The notes beneath the pieces are model-generated. The model saw nothing but the letters and a program-made list of their open reading frames with translations, was not told where the DNA came from and searched no databases. Positions 50,401 to 64,000 of a DNA stretch of 64,000 bases are shown piece by piece; within the stretch, counting starts at the first letter, position 1, and every line of letters starts with the position of its first letter. The stretch is from Eledone cirrhosa. Lineage: Eukaryota. A program made the position numbers and the translations under genes. The stretch lies in the NCBI GenBank assembly GCA_964016885.1, contig OZ024742.1:13516001-13580000 (forward strand), written 5' to 3'.

Positions 50401-53400
50401 TAGATATACTGATGTACTATAGTGTATAGTGATATATAGATACACTGATGTACTATAGTGTATAGTGATATATAGGTATACTGATGTACTATAGTATATA
50501 GTGATATACAGATACACCGATGTACTATAGTATATAGTGATATATAGATACACTGATGTACTATAGTGTATAGTGATATATAGATATACTGATGTACTAT
50601 AGTGTATAGTGATATATAGATACACTGATGTACTATAGTGTACAGTGATATATAGATAAACTGATGTACTATAGTATACAGTGATATATAGATATACTGA
50701 TGTACTATAGTGTATAGTGATATATAGATACACTGATGTACTATAGTGTACAGTGATACATAGATACACTGATGTACTATAGAATATAGTGATATATAGA
50801 TACACTGATGTACTATAGTATATAGTGATATATATATATATATACTGATGTACTATAGCGTATAGTGATATATAGATATACTGATGTACTATAGTGTATA
50901 GTGATATATAGATATACTGATCTACTATAGTATATAGTGATATATAGATACACTGATGTACTATAGTATACAGTGATATATAGATATACTGATGTACTAT
51001 AGTGTATAGTGATATATAGTTATACTGATGTACTATAGTGTATAGTGATATATAGATATACTGATGTACTATAGTATATAGTGATATATAGATATGCTGG
51101 TGTACTATAGTGTACAGTGATATATAGATATACTGATGTACTATAGTGTATAGTGATATATATATACACTGATGTACTATAGTGTATAGTGATATATAGA
51201 TATACTGATGTACTATAGTATACAGTGATATATAGATACACTGATGTACTATAGTGTACAGTGATATATAGATATACTGATGTACTATAGTGTATAGTGA
51301 TATATAGATACACTGATGTATTGTAGTGTACAGTGATATATAGATACACTGATGTACTATAGTGTACAGTGATATATAGATATACTGATGTACTATAGTG
51401 TATAGTGGTATATTGATATACTGATGTACTATAGTGTATAGTGATATATAGATACACTGATGTACTATAGTATATAGTGATATATAGATACATTGATGTA
51501 CTATAGTATATAGTGATATATAGATACACTGATGTACTATAGTGTACAGTCATATATAGATATACTGATATACTATAGTGTATAGTGATATATAGATACA
51601 CTGATGTACTATAGTGTATAGTGATATATAGATACACTGATGTACTATAGTGTATAGTGATATATAGATATACTGATGTACTATAGTATATAGTGATATA
51701 TAGATATACTGATGTACTATAGTGTACAGTGATATATAGATACACTGATGTACTATAGTGTATAGTGATATATAGATACACTGATGTACTATAGTGTATA
51801 GTGATATATAGATATACTGATGTACTATAGTGTATAGTGATATATAGATATACTGATGTACTATAGTGTATAGTGATATTTAGATATACTGATGTACCAT
51901 AGTGTATAGTGATATATAGATACACTGATGTACTATAGTGTATAGTGATATATAGATATACTGATGTACTATAGTGTATAGTGATATATAGATACACTGA
52001 TGTACTATAGTGTACAGTGATATATAGATACACTGATGTACTATAGTATATAGTGATATATAGATACATTGATGTACTATAGTATATAGTGATATATAGA
52101 TACACTGATGTACTATAGTGTACAGTCATATATAGATATACTGATGTACTATAGTGTATAGTGATATATAGATACACTGATGTACTATAGTGTATAGTGA
52201 TATATAGATATACTGATGTACTATAGTGTATAGTGATATATAGATATACTGATGTACTATAGTGTATAGTGATATATAGACATACTGATGTACTATAGTA
52301 TATAGTGATATATAAGTATAATGATCTACTATAGTGTACAGTGATATATAGATACACTGATGTACTATAGTGTTTAGTGATATATAGATATACTGATGTA
52401 CTATAGTGTATAGTGATATATAGATACACCGATGTACTATAGTATATAGTGATATATAGATACACTGATGTACTATAGTATATAGTGATATATAGATATA
52501 CTGATGTACTATAGTGTATAGTGATATATAGATACACTGATGTACTATAGTATACAGTGATATATAGATATACTGATGTATTATAGTATATAGTGATATT
52601 TAGATATACTGATGTACTATATTGTATAGTGATATATAGATACACTGATGTACTATAGTGTACAGTGATATATAGATACACTGATGTACTATAGTATACA
52701 GTGATATATAGATATACTGATGTATTATAGTATATAGTGATATATAGATACATTGATGTACTATAGTATATAGTTATATATAGATATACTGATGTACTAT
52801 AGTGTATAGTGATATATAGGTATACTGATGTACTATAGTATATAGTGATATATAGATACACCGATGTACTATAGTATATAGTGATATATAGATACACTGA
52901 TGTACTATAGTATATAGTGATATATAGATATACTGATGTACTATAGTGTATAGTGATATATAGATATACTGATGTACTATAGTGTATAGTGATATATAAA
53001 TACACTGATGTACTATAGTGTACAGTGATATATAGATACACTGATATATTATAGTACATATTGATATATAGATACACCGATGTACTATAGTATTTAGTGA
53101 TATATAGATACAATGATGTACTGTAGTGTATAGTGATATATAGATACACTGATGTACTATAGTATATAGTGATATATAGATAAACTGATGTACTATAGTA
53201 TACAGTGATATATAGACATACTGATGTACTATAGTATATAGTGGTATATAGATATACTGATGCACTATAGTGTATATCGATATATAGATATACTGATGTA
53301 CTATAGTGTATAGTGATATATAGATATACTGATGTACTATAGTGTATAGTGATATATAGATATACTGATGTACTATAGTGTATAGTGATATATAGATATA

Positions 53401-56400
53401 CTGATGTACTATAGTATATAGTGATATATAGATATACTAATGTACTATAGTGTACAGTGATATATAGATACACTGATGTACTATAGTGTATAGTGATATA
53501 GAGATACACTGATGTACTATAGTATACAGTGATATATAGATATACTGATGTACTATAGTGTATAGTTATATATAGATACACTGATGTACTATAGTGTACA
53601 ATGATATATAGATACACTGATGTATTATAGTATATAGTGATATATAGATACACTGATGTACTATAGTATATAGTGATATATAGATATACTGATGTACTAT
53701 AGGGTATAGTGATATATAGATATACTGATGTACTATAGTGTATAGTGATATATAGATATACTGATGTACTATAGTGTATAGTGATATATAGATATACTGA
53801 TGTACTATAGTGTATAGTGATATATAGATATACTGATGTACTATAGTATATAGTGATATATAGATATACTGATGTACTATAGTGTATAGTGATATATAGA
53901 TACACTGATGTACTATAGTGTATAGTGATATATAGGTATACTGATGTACTATAGTATATAGTGATATACAGATACACCGATGTACTATAGTATATAGTGA
54001 TATATAGATACACTGATGTACTATAGTGTATAGTGATATATAGATATACTGATGTACTATACTGTATAGTGATATATAGATACACTGATGTACTATAGTG
54101 TACAGTGATATATAGATAAACTGATGTACTATAGTATACAGTGATATATAGATATACTGATGTACTATAGTGTATAGTGATATATAGATACACTGATGTA
54201 CTATAGTATATAGTGATATATATATATATACTGATGTACTATAGCGTATAGTGATATATAGATATACTGATGTACTATAGTGTATAGTGATATATAGATA
54301 TACTGATCTACTATAGTATATAGTGATATATAGATACACTGATGTACTATAGTATACAGTGATATATAGATATACTGATGTACTATAGTGTATAGTGATA
54401 TATAGTTATACTGATGTACTATAGTGTATAGTGATATATAGATATACTGATGTACTATAGTATATAGTGATATATAGATACGCTGGTGTACTATAGTATA
54501 TAGTGATATATAGATATTCTGATGTACTATAGTGTATAGTGATATATAGATATACTGATGTACTATAGTGTACAGTGATATATAGATATACTGATGTACT
54601 ATAGTGTATAGTGATATATATATACACTGATGTACTATAGTGTATAGTGATATATAGATATACTGATGTACTATAGTATACAGTGATATATAGATACACT
54701 GATGTACTATAGTGTACAGTGATATATAGATTTACTGATGTACTCTAGTGTACAGTGATATATAGATACACTGATGTACTATAGTGTACAGTGATATATA
54801 TATATACTGATGTACTATAGTGTATAGTGGTATATTGATATACTGATGTACTATAGTGTATAGTGATATATAGATACACTGATGTATTGTAGTGTACAGT
54901 GATATATAGATACACTGATGTACTATAGTGTATAGTGATATATAGATATACTGATGTACTATAGTGTATAGTGGTATATTGATATACTGATGTACTATAG
55001 TGTATAGTGATATATAGATACACTGATGTACTATAGTATATAGTGATATATAGATACATTGATGTACTATAGTATATAGTGATATATAGATACACTGATG
55101 TACTATAGTGTACAGTCATATATAGATATACTGATATACTATAGTGTATAGTGATATATAGATACACTGATGTACTATAGTATATAGTGATATATAGATA
55201 CACTGATGTACTATAGCATACAGTGATATATAGATATACTGATGTACTATAGTATATAGTGATATATAGATATACTGATGTACTATAGTGTATAGTGATA
55301 TATAGATATACTGATGTACTATAGTTTATAGTGATATATAGATATACTGATGTACTATAGTGTATAGTGATATATAGATATACTGATGTACTATAGTGTA
55401 TAGTGATATATAGATATACTGATGTACTATAGTATATAGTGATATATAGATATACTGATGTACTATAGTGTATAGTGATATACAGATACACTGATGTACT
55501 ATAGTGTATAGTGATATATAGGTATACTGATGTACTATAGTATATAGTGATATACAGATACACCGATGTACTATAGTATATAGTGATATATAGATACACT
55601 GATGTACTATAGTGTATAGTGATATATAGATATACTGATGTACTATACTGTATAGTGATATATAGATACACTGATGTACTATAGTGTACAGTGATATATA
55701 GATAAACTGATGTACTATAGTGTATAGTGATATATAGTTATACTGATGTACTATAGTGTATAGTGATATATAGATATACTGATGTACTATAGTATATAGT
55801 GATATATAGATACGCTGGTGTACTATAGTATATAGTGATATATAGATATTCTGATGTACTATAGTGTATAGTGATATATAGATATACTGATGTACTATAG
55901 TGTACAGTGATATATAGATATACTGATGTACTATAGTGTATAGTGATATATATATACACTGATGTACTATAGTGTATAGTGATATATAGATATACTGATG
56001 TACTATAGTGTACAGTGATATATAGATACACTGATGTACTATAGTGTATAGTGATATATAGATATACTGATGTACTATAGTGTATAGTGATATATAGATA
56101 CATTGATGTACTATAGTATATAGTGATATATAGATACACTGATGTACTATAGTGTATAGTGGTATATTGATATACTGATGTACTATAGTGTATAGTGATA
56201 TATAGATATACTGATGTACTATAGTGTATAGTGGTATATTGATATACTGATGTACTATAGTGTATAGTGATATATAGATACACTGATGTACTATAGTATA
56301 TAGTGATATATAGATACATTGATGTACTATAGTATATAGTGATATATAGATACACTGATGTACTATAGTGTACAGTCATATATAGATATACTGATATACT

Positions 56401-58255
56401 ATAGTGTATAGTGATATATAGATACACTGATGTACTATAGTATATAGTGATATATAGATACACTGATGTACTATAGCATACAGTGATATATAGATATACT
56501 GATGTACTATAGTATATAGTGATATATAGATATACTGATGTACTATAGTGTATAGTGATATATAGATATACTGATGTACTATAGTTTATAGTGATATATA
56601 GATATACTGATGTACTATAGTGTATAGTGATATATAGATATACTGATGTACTATAGTGTATAGTGATATATAGATATACTGATGTACTATAGTATATAGT
56701 GATATATAGATATACTGATGTACTATAGTGTATAGTGATATACAGATACACTGATGTACTATAGTGTATAGTGATATATAGGTATACTGATGTACTATAG
56801 TATATAGTGATATACAGATACACCGATGTACTATAGTATATAGTGATATATAGATACACTGATGTACTATAGTGTATAGTGATATATAGATATACTGATG
56901 TACTATACTGTATAGTGATATATAGATACACTGATGTACTATAGTGTACAGTGATATATAGATAAACTGATGTACTATAGTATACAGTGATATATAGATA
57001 TACTGATGTACTATAGTGTATAGTGATATATAGATACACTGATGTACTATAGTATATAGTGATATATATATATATACTGATGTACTATAGCGTATAGTGA
57101 TATATAGATATACTGATGTACTATAGTGTATAGTGATATATAGATATACTGATCTACTATAGTATTTAGTGATATATAGATACACTGATGTACTATAGTA
57201 TACAGTGATATATAGATATACTGATGTACTATAGTGTATAGTGATATATAGTTATACTGATGTACTATAGTGTATAGTGATATATAGATATACTGATGTA
57301 CTATAGTATATAGTGATATATAGATACGCTGGTGTACTATAGTATATAGTGATATATAGATATTCTGATGTACTATAGTGTATAGTGATATATAGATATA
57401 CTGATGTACTATAGTGTACAGTGATATATAGATATACTGATGTACTATAGTGTATAGTGATATATATATACACTGATGTACTATAGTGTATAGTGATATA
57501 TAGATATACTGATGTACTATAGTATACAGTGATATATAGATACACTGATGTACTATAGTGTACAGTGATATATAGATATACTGATGTACTCTAGTGTACA
57601 GTGATATATAGATACACTGATGTACTATAGTGTATAGTGATATATAGATATACTGATGTACTATAGTGTATAGTGGTATATTGATATACTGATGTACTAT
57701 AGTGTATAGTGATATATAGATACACTGATGTACTATAGTATATAGTGATATATAGATACATTGATGTACTATAGTATATAGTGATATATAGATACACTGA
57801 TGTACTATAGTGTACAGTCATATATAGATATACTGATATACTATAGTGTATAGTGATATATAGATACACTGATGTACTATAGTGTATAGTGATATATAGA
57901 TACACTGATGTACTATAGTGTATAGTGATATATAGATATACTGATGTACTATAGTGTATAGTGATATATAGATATACTGATGTACTATAGTGTATAGTGA
58001 TATATAGATATACTGATGTACTATAGTGTATAGTGATATATAGATATACTGATGTACTATAGTATATAGTGATATATAGATATACTGATGTACTATAGTG
58101 TACAGTGATATATAGATACACTGATGTACTATAGTGTATAGTGATATATAGATACACTGATGTACTATAGTGTATAGCGATATATAGATATACTGATGTA
58201 CTATAGTGTATAGTGATATATAGATATACTGATGTACTATAGTGTATAGTGATAT
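38491..58255 (+). repeat. 9872-bp (274 units + 8 bp) near-identical tandem duplication (about 38491-48383 and 48363-58255)
   Basis: Eight ORF pairs have identical translations at an offset of exactly 9872 (39442/49314, 41148/51020, 42902/52774, 43694/53566, 44534/54406, 44873/54745, 45866/55738, 47380/57252). The extra 8 bp equals the three TA expansions in the block (+4, +2, +2). Confidence 0.97.
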
Positions 58256-59440
58256 TTAGATATACTGATGTACCATAGTGTATAGTGATATATAGATACA
58301 CTGATGTACTATAATATACAGTGATATATAGATATACTGATGTACTATAGTGTATAGTGATATATAGATACACTGATGTACTATAGTGTACAGTGATATA
58401 TAGATACACTGATGTACTATAGTATATAGTGATATATAGATACATTGATGTACTATAGTATATAGTGATATATAGATACACTGATGTACTATAGTGTACA
58501 GTCATATATAGATATACTGATGTACTATAGTGTATAGTGATATATAGATACACTGATGTACTATAGTGTATAGTGATATATAGATATACTGATGTACTAT
58601 AGTGTATAGTGATATATAGATATACTGATGTACTATAGTGTATAGTGATATATAGACATACTGATGTACTATAGTATATAGTGATATATAAGTATAATGA
58701 TCTACTATAGTGTACAGTGATATATAGATACACTGATGTACTATAGTGTATAGTGATATTTAGATATACTGATGTACTATAGTGTATAGTGATATATAGA
58801 TACACTGATGTACTATAGTGTACGGTGATATATAGATGCACTGATGTACTATAGTATAGAGTGATATATAGATATACTGATGTACTATAGTGTATAGTGA
58901 TATATAGATACACTGATGTACTATAGTGTACAGTGATATATAGATACACTGATGTATTATAGTATATAGTGATATATAGATACAATGATGTACTATAGTA
59001 TATAGTGATATATAGATATACTGATGTACTATAGTGTATAGTGATATATAGATACACTGATGTACTATAGTGTATAGTGATATATAGGTATACTGATGTA
59101 CTATACTATATAGTGATATATAGATACACCGATGTACTATAGTATATAGTGATATATAGATACACTGATGTACTATAGTGTATAGTGATATATAGATATA
59201 CTGATGTACTATAGTGTATAGTGATATATAGATACACTGATGTACTATAGTGTACAGTGATATATAGATAAACTGATGTACTATAGTATACAGTGATATA
59301 TAGATATACTGATGGACTATAGTGTATAGTGATATATAGATACACTGATGTACTATAGTGTACAGTGATATATAGATACACTGATGTACTATAGAATATA
59401 GTGATATATAGATACACTGATGTACTATAGTATATAGTGA

Positions 59441-59464
59441 TATATATATATATATATATATATA
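59441..59464. repeat. (TA)12 microsatellite inside a satellite unit, the longest seen in the window
   Basis: gtga-(ta)12-ctg replaces the consensus gtga-tatatagatata-ctg. Confidence 0.9.
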
Positions 59465-62400
59465 CTGATGTACTATAGCGTATAGTGATATATAGATATA
59501 CTGATGTACTATAGTGTATAGTGATATATAGATATATTGATGTACTATAGTATATAGTGATATATAGATACACTGATGTACTATAATATACAGTGATATA
59601 TAGATATACTGATGTACTATAGTGTATAGTGATATATAGATATACTGATGTACTATAGTGTATAGTGATATATATATATACTGATGTACTATAGTATATA
59701 GTGATATATAGATACGCTGATGTACTATAGTATACAGTGATATATAGATATACTGATGTACTATAGTGTATAGTGATATATAGATATACTGATGTACTAT
59801 AGTGTATAGTGAGTGATATATATATACACTGATGTACTATAGTGTATAGTGATATATAGATATACTGATGTACTATAGTATACAGTGATATATAGATACA
59901 CTGATGTATTATAGTGTACAGTGATATATAGATTTACTGATATACTATAGTGTATAGTGATATATAGATACACTGATGTACTATAGTGTATAGTGATATA
60001 TAGATACACTGATGTACTATAGTGTATAGTGATATATAGATATACTGATGTACTATAGTGTATAGTGATATTTAGATATACTGATGTACTATAGTGTATA
60101 GTGATATATAGATATACTGATGTACTATAGTGTATAGTGATATTTAGATATACTGATGTACTATAGTGTATAGTTATATATAGATACACTGATGTACCAT
60201 AGTGTACAGTGATATATAGTTACACTGATGTACCATAGTATAGAGTGATATATAGATATACTGATGTACTATAGTGTATAGTGATATATAGATACACTGA
60301 TGTACTATAGTGTACAGTGATATATAGACACACTGATGTATTATAGTATATAGTGATATATAGATACACTGATGTACTATAGTATATAGTGATATATAGA
60401 TATACTGATGTACTATAGTGTATAGTGATATATAGATACACTGATGTACTATAGTATATAGTGATATATAGATACACTGATGTACTATAGTATATAGTGA
60501 TATATATATATACTGATGTACTATAGCGTATAGTGATATATAGATATACTGATGTACTATAGTGTATAGTGATATATAGATATACTGATGTACTATAGTA
60601 TATAGTGATATATAGATACACTGATGTACTATAGTGTACAGTGATATATAGATACACTGATGTACTATAGAATATAGTGATATATAGATACACTTATGTA
60701 CTATAGTATTTAGTGATATATATATATATATATATACTGATGTACTATAGCGTATAGTGATATATAGATATACTGATGTACTATAGTGTATAGTGATATA
60801 TAGATATACTGATGTACTATAGTATATAGTGATATATAGATACACTGATGTACTATAGTATACAGTGATATATAGATATACTAATGTACTATAGTGTATA
60901 GTGATATATAGATATACTGGTGTACTATAGTGTATAGTGATATATAGATATACTGATGTACTATAGTATACAGTGATATATAGATACACTGATGTACTAT
61001 AGTGTACAGTGATATATAGATTTACTGATGTACTATAGTGTACAGTGATATATAGATACACTGATGTATTGTAGTGTACAGTGATATATAGATACACTGA
61101 TGTACTATAGTGTATAGTGATATATAGATATACTGATGTACTATAGTGTATAGTGGTATATAGATATATTGATGTACTATAGTGTATAGTGATATATAGA
61201 TACACTGATGTACTATAGTATATAGTGATATATAGATACATTGATGTACTATAGTATATAGTGATATATAGATACACTGATGTACTATAGTGTACAGTCA
61301 TATACAGATATACTGATATACTATAGTGTATAGTGATATATAGATACACTGATGTACTATAGTGTATAGTGATATATAGATACACTGATGTACTATAGTG
61401 TATAGTGATATATAGATATACTGATGTACTATATAGTATATAGTGATATATAGATATACTGATGTACTATAGTGTATAGTGATATATAGATATACTGATG
61501 TACTATAGTGTATAGTGATATATAGATATACTGATGTACTATAGTATATAGTGATATATAGATATACTGATGTACTATAGTGTACAGTGATATATAGATA
61601 CACTGATGTACTATAGTGTATAGTGATATATAGATACACTGATGTACTATAGTGTATAGTGATATATAGATACACTGATGTACTATAGTGTATAGTGATA
61701 TATAGATATACTGATGTACTATAGTGTATAGTGATATTTAGATATACTGATGTACTATAGTGTATAGTTATATATACATACACTGATGTACCATAGTGTA
61801 CAATGATATATAGGTATACTGAAGTACTATAATATATAGTGATATATAGATACACCGATGTACTATAGTATATAGTGATATATAGATACACTGATGTACT
61901 ATAGTGTATAGTGATATATAGATATACTGATGTACTATAGTGTATAGTGATATATAGATACACTGATGTACTATAGTGTACAGTGATATATAGATAAACT
62001 GATGTACTATAGTATACAGTGATATATAGATATACTGATGGACTATAGTGTATAGTGATATATAGATACACTGATGTACTATAGTGTACAGTGATATATA
62101 GATACACTGATGTACTATAGAATATAGTGATATATAGATACACTTATGTACTATAGTATATAGTGATATATATATATATATATATACTGATGTACTATAG
62201 CGTATAGTGATATATAGATATACTGATGTACTATAGTGTATAGTGATATATAGATATATTGATGTACTATAGTATATAGTGATATATAGATACACTGATG
62301 TACTATAATATACAGTGATGTATAGATATACTGATGTACTATAGTGTATAGTGATATATAGATATACTGATGTACTATAGTGTATATTGATATATATATA

Positions 62401-64000
62401 TACTAATGTACTATAGTATATAGTGATATATAGATACGCTGATGTACTATAGTATACAGTGATATATAGATATACTGATGTACTATAGTGTATAGTGATA
62501 TATAGATATACTGATGTACTATAGTGTATAGTGATATATAGATATACTGATGTACTATAGTGTATAGTGATATATATATATACACTGATGTACTATAGTG
62601 TATAGTGATATATAGATATACTGATGTACTATAGTATACAGTGATATATAGATACACTGATGTATTATAGTGTACAGTGATATATAGATTTACTGATATA
62701 CTATAGTGTATAGTGATATATAGATACACTGATGTACTATAGTGTATAGTGATATATAGATACACTGATGTACTATAGGGTATAGTGATATATAGATATA
62801 CTGATGTACTATAGTGTATAGTGATATTTAGATATACTGATGTACTATAGTGTATAGTGATATATAGATACACTGATGTACTATAGTATATAGTGATATA
62901 TAGATATACTGATGTACTATAGTGTATAGTGATATATAGATATACTGATGTACTATAGTATATATTGATATATAGATACACCGATGTACTATAGTATATA
63001 GTGATATATAGATACACTGATGTACTATATTGTATAGTGATATATAGATACACTGATGTACTATAGTATATAGTGATATATAGATACACTGATGTACTAT
63101 AGTATATAGTGATATATATATATATACTGATGTACTATAGCGTATAGTGATATATAGATATACTGATGTACTATAGTGTATAGTGATATATAGATATACT
63201 GATGTACTATAGTATATAGTGATATATAGATACACTGATGTACTATAGTATACAGTGATATATAGATATACTGATGTACTATAGTGTATAGTGATATATA
63301 GATATACTGGTGTACTATAGTGTATAGTGATATATAGATATACTGATGTACTATAGTATATAGTGATATATAGATACGCTGATGTACTATAGTATACAGT
63401 GATATATAGATATACTGATGTACTATAGTGTATAGTGATATATAGATATACTGATGTACTATAGTGTACAGTGATATATAGATATACTGATGTACTATAG
63501 TGTATAGTGATATATATATACACTGATGTACTATAGTGTATAGTGATATATAGATATACTGATGTACTATAGTATACAGTGATATATAGATATACTGATG
63601 TACTATAGTGTATAGTGGTATATAGATATATTGATGTACTATAGTGTACAGTGATATATAGATATACTGATGTACTATAGTGTATAGTGATATATATATA
63701 CACTGATGTACTATAGTGTATAGTGATATATAGATATACTGATGTACTATAGTGTACAGTGATATATAGATATACTGATGTACTATAGTGTATAGTGGTA
63801 TATAGATATATTGATGTACTATAGTGTATAGTGATATATAGATATACTGATGTACTATAGTATACAGTGATATATAGATACACTGATGTACTATAGTGTA
63901 CAGTGATATATAGATTTACTGATGTACTATAGTGTACAGTGATATATAGATACACTGATGTATTGTAGTGTACAGTGATATATAGATACACTGATGTACT

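Larger units (their letters stand above)
1..64000 (+). repeat. 36-bp tandem satellite/minisatellite array, consensus YACTGATGTACTATAGTRTAYAGTGATATATAGATA, about 1,780 copies in one orientation
   Basis: First unit is 1-36 (tactgatgtactatagtgtacagtgatatatagata) and the period continues to 64000. All ORF translations show a 12-aa period. Three common dimorphic sites lie at unit positions 1 (T/C), 18 (G/A) and 21 (T/C). A GTAC (RsaI) site occurs in nearly every unit. Confidence 0.99.

Noticed and set aside
106-63991. Long minus-strand ORFs of up to 1088 aa made of YLYITIHYSTSV or YIYISLYTIVHQ repeats
   Set aside because: The unit is 36 bp (divisible by 3) and lacks stops in two minus-strand frames, so long ORFs are automatic. 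ORFs overlap, switch between the two peptides at non-triplet indels, mostly start at GTG codons made by a common variant, and have no unique domains. Ribosome profiling or proteomics would be needed to revive the idea.
1-64000. CRISPR array (36-bp, partly palindromic repeat)
   Set aside because: Units are directly adjacent with no unique spacers, and there is no leader or cas gene in the window.
1-64000. Telomeric repeat array, suggested by the G-over-C strand skew
   Set aside because: There are no G-runs, the unit is longer than telomerase-made repeats I know of, and variants are inherited in kilobase duplicated blocks, which indicates recombination or slippage rather than templated addition. 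A subtelomeric or centromeric location cannot be judged from this window.
1-64000. TATA-box or promoter motifs and RSS-heptamer-like TACAGTG
   Set aside because: These are by-products of a TA-rich unit. There is no downstream gene, no nonamer, and the + strand motif lacks the essential CAC.
1-64000. A fixed higher-order repeat or message encoded in the 8-state variant string
   Set aside because: Observed periods are heterogeneous (about 12, 15, 35, 51, 54, 79, 96, 130, 150 and 274 units) and local. Nested duplication explains the pattern without a regular higher-order unit.
1-64000. Purely synthetic or sequencing-artefact sequence
   Set aside because: Hierarchically shared rare variants and graded divergence between blocks fit a naturally evolved array, although individual near-identical duplications could still be assembly errors.

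Overview
The whole 64 kb window is one head-to-tail tandem array of an AT-rich 36-bp unit, with + strand consensus YACTGATGTACTATAGTRTAYAGTGATATATAGATA (about 1,780 copies, roughly 25-30% GC). I saw no unique sequence, inversion or insertion, and the array runs off both ends. It looks like eukaryotic satellite/minisatellite DNA, but the organism cannot be identified from the sequence. No genes are supported: every ORF in the track is a minus-strand reading of the unit, which lacks stops in two frames. The internal structure is the interesting part. (1) The unit is a quasi-palindrome whose common variants only switch between Watson-Crick and G-T pairs on the + strand. (2) A recurrent five-substitution two-unit haplotype preserves or improves a long hairpin and includes one compensatory pair. 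(3) Nested block duplications of about 0.43 to 9.87 kb record how the array grew. (4) A (TA)n microsatellite is arising and expanding inside one unit lineage. I found no protein-coding novel system. The best candidate for new biology is structure-templated or structure-constrained satellite evolution, which remains a hypothesis. All comparisons were made by eye and from ORF-track offsets, so breakpoints are approximate.
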